Source of the DNA: Balanoglossus misakiensis
Lineage: Eukaryota > Animalia > Hemichordata
Assembly (NCBI GenBank): GCA_040954595.2
Contig: CM082577.2
Coordinates: 11,503,654-11,567,653, forward strand
Reading direction: 5' to 3'
Length of the DNA: 64,000 nt
Position 1 is the stretch's first letter. Every line of letters starts with the position of its first letter. Under the pieces are notes generated by a model. It saw nothing but the letters and a program-made list of their open reading frames with translations. It was not told the origin of the DNA and did not search any database. The position numbers and the translations under genes are program-made. Positions 25,084 to 36,500 of this stretch are shown here, piece after piece.

Positions 25084-26659
25084 TTAACACTTGTACCCAA
25101 CTTCCCTCTTTAGAAGTCCAACTTTACCGTAGGAAACAATGGGGTTGGACTGAACCATGGTGGTGAAAGGGTAAAAAAAACACCATGACTGACACCACTA
25201 AGACTTTTCATTGATCAAGGTTTACTTCATTGGGGCTAATTAGCATATCCCCTCCCCCGGCAGAACAGTTGCGTTTCCACAGCTAATATTGGCCTAAATA
25301 AGTCACAATATTTAAACGTCAAAATGCATCTTCTTTCTGGGACTCAAAATGCATCTTCTTTCTTGGGCCCTCTATCATACTCGAAACAGATATTGACATG
25401 CAGATATGCAAAAACGCACTTTCAAGTGTTCTAAGTGGGGGAAAACTGAAATCATGACGAAGGTAGATGTCCGTCCAAACAAAAAATCCCGAGACTGGTA
25501 TTCTACTAGTCCTCTTGATCTGTCTCCAAACAGTGTTAATTTGAAATGTACATATTTATTTCGTGTTTAATCAGTTTATTATTTCAATCCCTTAAATGTT
25601 GAGCAAATGCATTTTACAATCATAGGTGCCAAGTAAATGGAAAATTGCTTACAAATAGTGTACGTAAACGCCAATTCTAGAACCCCCCCCCCTCTCGAAA
25701 ATGAGCAGTAAATATAAACTTACTCTCTTTTTGGCGACTGTTTCTAATTCTATGAAAACAAACAATGTCACATACTGACAGAAGGTACACGCTAAAAACA
25801 AGAAGCTATTTTCTGGGTTATTTTATTTACTTGATACATTTCCTCAAAATTGGTGCCGATTTACTAACTTGTGTGAAGTGAACTTGATAAGTCGTGAAAA
25901 TGCTCATTCATTATCGGACCAACGTTTCTATTTTAAAGTTAGGAAATGTTGTTATTTAACAGATTTATCCGGATTAGACAGTGGGAATTGCAGCAAGCCC
26001 CACCCCTCTAATATAGTAGACTCTACCTTAGAAGTTAGGCGATATTATCGATTTTATCTGATAAAACGGTATGTCCCCAACCCCCTCTCTATAATTTTAG
26101 ACCGAAACTCATCCAAGCTGGCAAGCACTGAAACATACGAAAGGTATTATGAGTAAAATCATAGCCCATAGTGTTGTATTCCTGAGGTGACAGTTCGATT
26201 ATGCCGAGCACGCGAATAAACGGTTTTCACCGAATGCATTATAATTTATTACTACCGATTTCAAAATACCTTGGAAATTCTTTGTGTTCGAGTGTTACAA
26301 TAAACGTCTCCCATGATAAGAAAAAAACGTCTAAGTTCATGAAACTGAATACCGCACTTTGTTTATTTTGCAACAAAGTTACCGTTTCAAACGTTCGTAA
26401 TCCCACTGTGAGATTGTCTGTAGTCTACTCTGAACCTTGTATGAGGATGTTTTGCACTGACAACCAAGGAAACTTCGCAATGATGAAGAGCAATATATCG
26501 AGTATTTAAAACGACAAACTCCTTCGATTTCATACGAAGAAATTCAACAAAAATTGGCGGAATTTTCGCAAGCGGACGTGTCTATACCCACCGTCTGTCG
26601 AACCGTCAGATATTGTTTGTCCGACCAAACGTGGACTTGGAAAAAAATGGCGTGTTGCA

Positions 26660-27635
26660 AACGACGAGAGTTGTTTAGCGTGTCGAATGCTGCTCTACGA
26701 AGCTCGTAGTTACCTTCTGACCGGGACATTTACGCTTGAACGGACTGCGTTCCCCCACTTCAGGTCGGTATATTCCTTTGAAGCAGAGACGTGAATTGCT
26801 TGTTCCGCGGGTTGCAGTGTATCCCGTTTGTTGAACTTTCTTTTAGAGAATCGACGTATTGCGAAGAGAGACGATTGAGATGAGAATTAGCGGTGTAGGA
26901 TATAGAGACGACGTACCAAACTGCCGTGTTGTATTCTGAATTTGTGTTGTTGAAATGAAATACAACGGAAGAGTTTGAACTGCATCGTTGTATGGACTGA
27001 TAGTTTTGTGGAAAATTCGGGCGTGCGAGGCCGCCGCTAACCTTGCAGCGATCACCCGGCCGCTTGAGAACGCATGAACTTGTTTGTGGCAGCAAAATAT
27101 ATGAACTCAGCGTGACAGGCTACATTGTTTGAAAAATAACGTTGGCGCTTCATCGCGCCCAGCGGATTTTTTTTTTCAGATCTGCCTTTTTCAACGTTTG
27201 TTTGGCGTTCATGATTCGTATAAATCCATGTTCTTGTTCCGCTATTTCCATTCCGAAAACCCCAAAGTTTTAAACGTGTACACTTTGACTAGAAAAGGCC
27301 TGAGACACCTTCATATGCTGTCCGGCAGCCGGGGTGGGATATCCGACTGCGGTGCACCTCAAAGTGGCGTGGAGCTGGTCATGTTGGGAGCGGTGCTGCC
27401 GGCCGGTGGATCGACGTCTTAGCCTACACTTTCATACCCGCCGGCGTGCGGCAATCGGCAAGAACCCATCGGAAGGAACCCAGTCCGTTCAAGCGCAAAT
27501 GTCCCGGTCAGAAGGTAACTACGAGCTTCGTAGAGCAGCATCGACACGCTAAATAACTCTCGTCGTCCGTGCTCTCAACACGCACTCACTACTTCAACTG
27601 CGCAATTGGGATGGGAGGCGCCTCTTTGTCTACTA
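26660..27635. mobile_element. Second, end-trimmed copy of the long-TIR MITE at 5440-6653
   Basis: Colinear high similarity to about 5605-6570 in the same orientation, with inverted arms retained. Confidence 0.85.
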
Positions 27636-28874
27636 CTGGTAAATTGTTGCAAAATTTACGATTGCGGTATGCAGTACAGTCGTTTCTTTTTGTTACAAAA
27701 GACGTTTATATTATCACCAGAGGACAAAGAATTTCCAAGGTATTTTGAAATCGGTAGTAATATTTAAAGCCCCAGTATTTCTCGTGTGCATCCATTTTTC
27801 ATCATCGAAAAAAGCCCGTTTTTCCAGTACATCCATCATGGAATACTATATAATGAAGATGTAAGAAAGGTTTGGGCAATTGTAGCTACATGCAAGCCGA
27901 AAATATCGCCCGTAACACTTGAAATGATGCGCGGGTTTGTTTACAACGGAAATGTTGTACATGTCGATCAGCAAACGTGCCACTTTGACATTTTGATGGT
28001 CAGACCATTTTCGGATTTGATCTGGTTCCATCGACTGATTTCTCCCATAAAGTTATCTTCCCAAAATTTCGCCGAATTAGTGCGCATTTCTTCGCTGAGT
28101 CGCTTGATTTAGGGCGACCAAACCTCTTCCGCATAGATTCACATTTGAGTGCGCATGCGCACTAGTCACGTGTGTCAACATTAGCCTGACTCACGTGACT
28201 TTCTGTCCGGACAGAAAGTCATTCTTCACTCGTTATATTGTAAATTGTATGAGTTTATCAGCAGAGCTGGGGATGATGACTGTTCGATTCAGTATCAATT
28301 ATCATCTACTTTTAGAAATTATAGATGCCGTTTCAAACAAAATTTTGCCCCTACGAGAAATACTGTGGCTTTAATGACATGCGTAACGACGAAACTAACA
28401 CGCCCAACAGTCCACCACGCCAACACTGTACAGATATTTCACGCCATGCGACAGTCCCGACTCATCTTGATGACATGCAATCGGGTGATGTTTCATCTTC
28501 CATCAATTGTTTTCTTCCTATCATCTATACAATCATGAAACTCGCTCAGATAGATTAAACAAACAAACATTGAGCTTTAATACTACATGTACATGTGTAA
28601 TAGCCTGGCAAGCTAGACTAGGCCTACATGGTAAACCCCATGACAACGATGACCGCTATCAGAATGTTTTATAGAGACCCCTTATCATTACATCGTGTTT
28701 TGTTGCTGTTCGCTTACAATTATAACTGGTTAGAGATATTTTACCGTAGACGTGAATGGCCAGCAGAGCAGAGCAGTGCATTGCGGTGTGTATGCAATAT
28801 TTGCATCACAACAGTGAAAGCGGTTGATATGCAAATCAGATAGTGCTTTGTAGTTTAGCTTGTAACAATAGACG

Positions 28875-28923
28875 TAGCCCGGAGACCAGGGCGTCGATCT
28901 AGTACGCCCTGGTCTCCGGGCTA
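28875..28923. mobile_element. 49-bp hairpin mini-transposon with target-site duplication
   Basis: Perfect inverted repeat tagcccggagaccagggcgt / acgccctggtctccgggcta with a 9-nt loop, flanked by the direct repeat caatagacg (28866-28874, 28924-28932). Confidence 0.8.
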
Positions 28924-29660
28924 CAATAGACGCGACCCGTACAAAGCAAACCTGATGCGTGGCCCGACAATCGACGCTTTAACCGTCGCGAAAATTTTCA
29001 GGATATACCATTCTTACTATAATGGATTTCTTGTGGTAGTGTAAATGTCTATTGAAAAGACATACTAGTATTCATCACGTGGAAATATCGCGAACAGGTA
29101 ACCTGAAGAGGCAGGCTGGCCGTTTGCTAACAACACTCTCCGTATTGGATACTGCCTGTTTGGTTACCGTTGAAAAGCGAAAGTGTTTTGTTTCAGGAAA
29201 ACCTGAATTGGTGAATATTTAAAGGCCGCTCTCCGCAGAAGCTGATATATTAAATTTATATCGCTTAGCAAGCTACAGATGAAGGTCCTGTTCGAATGTT
29301 ATATTTTACTGGTCGGGCTTACTGCTCACCTAACAGTGGATGCTGCGGGAGGTAAGTGAGAGTTGTATTGCACGGAAGCATTCTTACTCCATAATATCGA
29401 TGATGCCCGGTCAACATGGCGTATCCAGCACACGTACAAGTATATGTGTACATGTATGTCAAATTATTCCTCGGAGTACGGGCCTTGTGCAATTGATTTC
29501 AGGTCACATGGAGATAACGTTATATATCATGCGATTATAATAACAACATGTGTACTGTGCTTTAAATCTAATGTCTATCTTTAAATTAATTCACTCTAAA
29601 GATTACGAAATGTGAGATCGATTACGTCACAACTCAGCCACACGAATTGGTTGTTTACAA

Positions 29661-30253
29661 TAGAGAGGTTTAGTTACACGTAAATACGCGTACGTCTGAC
29701 GGCAGGCAGTGGCGTTCGCGTATGCGTAGCGACGCGTGAATTTTGCGGTTTAGTTGTCCATTTTGAATAACAAAACTATTTAAAAACAATAGAAAATTCA
29801 AATATTTATCACTTCAATACATTTTGTGAGAGATGAATATTCTCTAAGATCACCACCCTTGCAATAAGTTTCTTGACTGCAGTGGAAAGATAGTTTAGTG
29901 AAGTTTTTCGATGTCTTTGTCGAGGCGTCCACTGAAAACGTAGTTTGGGAATACATTTTTGTGTTTATGTTTTGAAAACACCAAATAGCGCCGGTTTTAG
30001 CACATATGGCAGAATTTTTTAGATAACATGGATGCTGGCTACATCACAATTGCACTTCAGAGATCAATCGCTCAAATTAAAGAGAGAATATCGAGAAATT
30101 CCGAAAAAATGTTACACGTAATCATGATTACGCGTAGAAGCGTCGCTTGCCGTTCCGAACGTCTGTTCTACGCGTACGCGACCTCTGCTTATCACGTGAC
30201 AATGACGCTACGCGTACTGATCGAACGTATTTACGTGTAACTAAACCTCTCTA
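29661..30253. mobile_element. MITE with 28-bp perfect TIRs
   Basis: tagagaggtttagttacacgtaaatacg ... cgtatttacgtgtaactaaacctctcta. Target duplication is TA or AT (ambiguous). Confidence 0.85.
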
Positions 30254-30870
30254 TTAACCGGGAAAAGACGGACTTATAGGGCAAGATACAGACTGAAATA
30301 ATATAATATAATATAATATGAAAGATGAAGGTTAGACCTATATTAAAATTGACCTATATATAATTTCTCGCGTCACGTCAAGTCTATATTGGCCTAGGCC
30401 TACTATAGAAATAGTATTACAGAAGAAGACACCCGAGTGTAACCCAAGCTTTAATATAGCATAACCTAAAACGAAGGAAACCGAAGCTTGTGTATGTATG
30501 AGAGAGAGAGAGAGAGAGAGAGAGAGGCTTTGAACTCTGAAACTCGCAAATGATATTTATGTACAGACAGATTAGATGATCAATTTATAAGACATTGACG
30601 ATCTACATCTCAGGGATTGCACTGGCATCGACGTTCTTTCATCTCAACTTCAAGTCGTCTTTGTATCATGCCATGGGGCGACATATGATGATAGAAGAAG
30701 CAATTGAAGAAATAAAGTCGCCTTTTCTATAATAAACCCAAACCTTTATTTTAATATACAAATATTAAGTGTAGTATAAATAAATATAACGTTTTATGTT
30801 TATTTACCAGGGTTTTTGTGGCCATTTAAAAAAAACATAATATTTAATAAGGTTGGTCAGTCAGTATTTA

Positions 30871-31543
30871 GGGACCGTTCAGTTTTTACGGCCGGGGGGG
30901 GGGGCGGCAAAATCCAGGGGGGGGGGTCACTTAAATGTTGAAGTCCACAAGGGGGGGGGGGGGTCATCTGTTTTTATTAAACGTTTAGGGGGGGTCACAT
31001 ACTTTTGCCACCAAACTTTTGCTTTTGAGTCCACAAAATTGCAGTTTCGCACCCTTTATTTTACAAAATTTTCTAATTCACACCCACCCCCTTCATTCTC
31101 AGCCACATTTCATTTTTTTGCTGGTTTGTCTAGTGTACCAGGGCAGAGTGCTTGCCACCCCAAGCCCACCGATGATAATATTTAACAAAGTGAATACATA
31201 AAGGAGAATAATTGTTTAAACCATTTTGCATAACTGATAGTTTCGCGCTGCATCTTCTATATACTAGAAGTTTTATAAATGATGTCATGACAAGATGACG
31301 CCAAATCTTCTAACTTTGAGTGGAGTGGCAAAAAGAAAAATTGGTCCTCCCAAACATTGAGATAATTAGCTTTTGAGTTCATTAAAATGCAACTTTGCGC
31401 TACATATTTTACAAAATTTTCTTACGTGGGAGGGGGACACCCCCTCCCACACCCACCCCCTCCATTCTTTGCCACATTGCATTTATTCACTGGTTTGTCT
31501 AGTGTACCAGGGAAGACTTCTTGCCACCCCACCCCCGATGCTT
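30871..31543. mobile_element. Truncated second copy of the 18943 Harbinger-like MITE
   Basis: Near-identical start and interior to 18943-19533. Interrupted at about 31543 by another repeat-like sequence. Confidence 0.8.
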
Positions 31544-32155
31544 AGGGCGACGTTTTTATTTTCTGTGTTTCTCATCTCCCGACCGACCGTAAATTTCAGC
31601 TCCGACATAAAAAAAAAAAACTGTTTTATTTGCGCCAACTCTGAGTCTGAGGCGATCATCCCAGCAACAGCGCCCCCAACGGCTAATTGTGAGATTTTGC
31701 AGATCGGTCTGCAAATGACGTCATATTCATCATGGCGGTCGTGTCGGACCAGCGTCTGTCATTCATCGCTGAAGCCATCGAGGCCGGAGGAAAGGAAAGA
31801 CATTGTAGAGAATGAAAGGACAGAGCATTAAAGTGAAAGACAAGAAATTATAGTGACTGAAAGGACAGAGAGCACAAAACACTGGACTGAAAGATAAGAA
31901 ATTGCAATGACTGAACAGCCAGAACATTGAACAGAAACAAATAGGCCTACACATTTGTTTGTAATGGATAAAACATGGAACTGAAACGTTATTTTTACTT
32001 CTGGGTTTATGAAGCTCTAAAAAGTTCAGGGTCAGCAGGTTATAATTAGGGTATGTCGGGTAATTGGAAAAGCACATATTTTTTATTTTGGCCTTATTTC
32101 ATCATTTCCAGGATAAAACATCATATTAAAATTTCAATTTGTATTTAACCTCCAG

Positions 32156-32545
32156 AAAAATGCACAGTTGGCTCATATTCCAACACTGGTCTTGAGCCAT
32201 GTGTACTTTGTCCCCGTCACCATTACCAGAATGAGAGTGGTTCCAGAGATTGCAACCCATGTCCAACAGGACTGCGTACAACACATGAAGGTACCAATAG
32301 TTTGGATAACTGTATAGGTAGGTACATTTGGCATAAAAATTGAAGGGTTTACATATATATCGATTACAAATTCTTTTCCTATTTCTTGAGTTTCTTCAAG
32401 AACATATTGACAAAATTTAATCATTATTGTAGATGTACCATTCTGTTTTATATTTATATCATTTATTTCAGCTATTGATATATGTGAGTACATGTCGCCT
32501 TGTTTGAATGGTGGTACCTGTACAAACACTCCCCAGTTTATCTGA
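32156..32545 (+). pseudogene. Orphan gene fragment: ephrin-receptor-like (GCC2/GCC3) Cys-rich exon plus truncated EGF exon
   Basis: 162-bp phase 1-1 exon 32156-32317 encodes KCTVGSYSNTGLEPCVLCPRHHYQNESGSRDCNPCPTGLRTTHEGTNSLDNCI. The next exon starts at 32472 with IDICEYMSPCLNGGTCTNTP and hits a stop after only 3 of 6 EGF cysteines. Confidence 0.8.
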
Positions 32546-33092
32546 AGTTTTCACGTCATATAAATAGAACTAGTTGGTATGTTGTGCATTCACGCAAATT
32601 TGAACCAGATATCTCAAAGTGTTAACACAAAACATCCAGAAAACTTGTTTTTGGAAGGTAATTTAAATTGCTTGTCACATGATAGTTGTGTAAACAGTGG
32701 TCACACTGAAGTAAAATGTTCTCCTATATCAAAGCTTTCAGAAAATATATACTTTTAGGAGATTCTGAGCTTGATAATTAACAGAGAAAAGTTCATTGCA
32801 AAAGTGAATTTCTTATCTTGTATCTTTAATACTCAAATTGAAATATTAATATGGTTAAATTTGAAATCTGAATAAAGCACAAATAATTGAACCCATTTAT
32901 ACTTTGAACAAATTGGCGTGAAGAAAATTGGAGTTGTATGGGTCTGTATTTATAATTATTCAATAATACATTTACAGACGTTCGTGACTATAGTGCACAG
33001 CTTAGTGTGTCATATTATGGTAGTGGGCAGATTACAGACCAGCAATCCTGTGGCAACTACTATGGTACAGAAATAACAACACAACTTGTTAA

Positions 33093-33505
33093 GGATGTAC
33101 GCGCAGAACATAAACCGGAAACAGTGCGCGCCCGGTCTTTTTCCCATAGGATTACATTGAAAATTGCTAGAAAACAAACTTCTACTATTGTCATTTTCAC
33201 AAAATTTTACACATAGCTCAGTCCAGCAAATATAAATTCATTGGTCAAATAAAATATAGGGGTCACCGCGCTCTATTTTGAGATAAATTGCGTCAAAAAT
33301 TTTGCCCATAGACAAACCATTGGTGAAAAATGCTGAGTCAGCAGTTTTCTTCTATTATCGACTAAATTCAAGGCTCTGTATTTCAAAAACAAGCGCGGTG
33401 ACCCCTATATTTTATTACGGATTTTCATTATACATACAAAGGAGAATCCAAAAATCCACAATTAAAAAAAATGACAATACTTTCAATTTTACTGAACGTA
33501 CATCC
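33093..33505. mobile_element. TTAA-flanked MITE (Kolobok-like termini)
   Basis: TTAA|ggatgtacg ... cgtacatcc|TTAA, with internal inverted repeat aaaatataggggtcaccgcgct / agcgcggtgacccctatatttt. Confidence 0.8.
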
Positions 33506-36500
33506 TTAATGGTTTAACTCAACTCCTGTCTCAAGATCCATCAGGAGCATGTGTTCCTCTTGCTGGTCTGGTTACAATTCATATCACATTATCTCGCCTC
33601 TCAAGTCTCATCTCACTATCAGATAATTCGGTGGGTACTCCAACTGTCTCTTTCAGTCTTTCAGAAAATCTTGTAGACTCTTTCTGGGGTCTACAATATT
33701 ACACTCAACAAATTGTTAAATTCATAGCATTTTATCTCACTTGCTCTTCGGATTGCAAATGCAAAGAAAAAAGCATATTGGGAGAATATTTTAATGCAAA
33801 TAAGACAACCATGCAATGTTTAATTTTAGCTTTATAGATTTATCTCATTTGCGTGAAAATATTCCTGCACTAAAGATACATCCATAAAGCTACAATGAAA
33901 CATCACATGGCTGTCACATCTGATTAGTGTCGCATAACGTGCCGGTGAGTTGCTCAAGATTGACAAAGTTGATTTTGTACTGTCACATGTATTCATAGTT
34001 CTAAGTACGGTCAGCGCAACAAGTTAGTTTCTACCGATACTACACACTGGCCACACAAGACAAAGTTTGTCAACCTTACCATTTGCCTTCATTTATTTTA
34101 CAATTTATTTCATTGCGTGGATTTTTAATGAAGTGACTCTTCAAAATTTTCAAATATATGTACATGTAGATTAGTTCAGTTAAAGCCTCCAGAGCTGCCA
34201 AATTTCACATATTTTTTTCAACAACAAAGTACTTTAATATATTCCCTATACTTTAAAATCCTCACCATTAAGCCATATTACTTGTATTTGCATCAGGTTT
34301 TCATCTCTTGGCGATGCATAACACGATAGCTGTGTACTGTTTGTATGGAGGATGATTAAATGGTGCGGCACCATTTTTAATACATAGTGTTTTCAAATCG
34401 CTACATACAGCCACAATCTGGCATCGATAAGGTGTTCATGTATACCTATCAGTAAGCTTATGTAGATGGACCAATTTAAGTTGGAAAATAAAGTCATTGA
34501 AATAATGCAAAAAGTGGCAGCTCTAGAGGCTAGTATAACTAGTATTTTATACTATAGCATATTGAGCATAACATCTTTTAAAACAAAAGCTTATGACTGT
34601 ATTTTCATCTTACCAACAGCTTTTAGTGGACGTGGGGCTGAACTTACTGATTGAGTGTATTTCCAGTTTTGGTTTTCATTGACAGTTCAGACAATTGTCC
34701 AGGACTTTCATCTTCTGCAAACCCGATTCAAGATTAAAGTTGCAATCAGCGTTGGCGGGGCTCAAGCGGCTCCCATGATAGCCAGCGAATGCAAAGTCTG
34801 TATAATCTGCTGTGGATACCAATACTAGTATATGGGAAAGTAGGTCGAAGGTCACCCGAGATCACCCAAATTTGGGCAAAACATGTTGACACCATACTGG
34901 TCCATGACCAACAAAAACCAAACCTCTAGCCCTATTGGCTAGCCTGGAATTAGATATGTGCATAATTAATGAGGTAACATGTAAGGCTCCGTTAGGTGTT
35001 CAATCCCTCCAAATGTTAAGTTTCTATCCTGTCTGGATGCCGAGATATGGGAAAGTAGGTCAAAGGTCTATGTCCAACAAAAACCAAACCTCCAACCCTT
35101 TTTGTTAGCCTGGAATTAGATATGCAGAAAAATAATGTATCAGAAATAGGTCAAAGGTCATTGCCAAAATTACCAAAATGCTACTTGCGCCTGTGGACGG
35201 GATCATCGTTTTTCTCTTTGTGGAAATATATTCGACACGATGTCGATGTATTTCGTGGAAGAAACAACAAATCTGGAAACTCACCAGGCGGTGTTGCAGG
35301 AGGACGGGGTGTTCAACGTACGTTGAACCTACGAAGTGCCGCTAGGGTTGAGACGTCACCCAACAACTGTGCCGGTACATGTTAGAAGCAGCCCAACTCG
35401 GCCCGTTGTCATGCGAGTCCAAAGAATTTACCCTAACTACAAGAATTCCGAGGACTAGACTCTTTTCCATCGTTTGATCGCCGGCAGTCTGGTATTGGTT
35501 GGCCCGACCAGAGGACGTCGCCTCGCAGTACCACCACCTGGCACGTGGACAGACGCGGACTGCTGCGACGTCGCTCTCACTCGCGGCCCAAAGTCAAGGC
35601 TTTTAGTAGGCGACCCAGTCTACGTTAAAGTGGTATATGCGCGTGAACATTCAGTGAAACAATTTATGCATGGTCTCTACCCTCTTATTCATTGTTGAGT
35701 CAACTTTTGCATACGTACAGTGTTGCATAATGTTTAGACAACTTTGGGCATGTAATATAATATTGTTCCAACGGTTCCTATTAATATACTTTTACCTGAA
35801 CAAATGTAACTGCAATAAGTTCTAAATTGAAATAGTATTGTTTGGCTACGTTTTGCTGCTCAAATTATTTGAAGGTGGTATGGCCCTCGTTGACATTTTC
35901 AAAAACGTGATAGCCTTCCGAATTTTCAAAGGCTTTGGTATATTAAAATGAGCTGTGTGTCATTTCGAAAACAGTGAACGCAACTACAGGTGTTTGACAT
36001 CGCGATAATTGCCGACGTCACACCATATCAGAAAAGCTCCGCGAAAGTGAAGCACTGTGATAGCACGGAGGGAGACAATTTATATATACGGAATGTCGTT
36101 TCCTTTTGAACGAATATGATGGTGTATGTTCTTGACAACCTCTGACAATCTCGTTTTTCATATTGATTTATTAAATAGTATCGATGCGATGGGTGATCGA
36201 GTCGAGTACTTTATTTTGTTCATATTCCTATGTGCAGCTACAATCAGAGGTTGATAATCATTGACTTTACCAATCGATCAGCTCATTTAAATGGACCATT
36301 CTAAGTTTGAAAAAAAATAATGAAAACAACGCGAACATGTCTATTTTCTGTTTGGCACAAGATGAGGTTATATTGCCCCAGTAAAACAGAGGTATTTTTT
36401 GCAGGGGGTATTAGAAAGGTCGTTAAATTCCATTTGCCAACATCAAAGTAATGCGGCTCGCTAATATAAGAACCTAGGTTACTGAAGCGATCAACTTGAA

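Noticed and set aside
35190-35630. GC-rich block as coding sequence
   Set aside because: No sustained frame or motif found on either strand; left unassigned.
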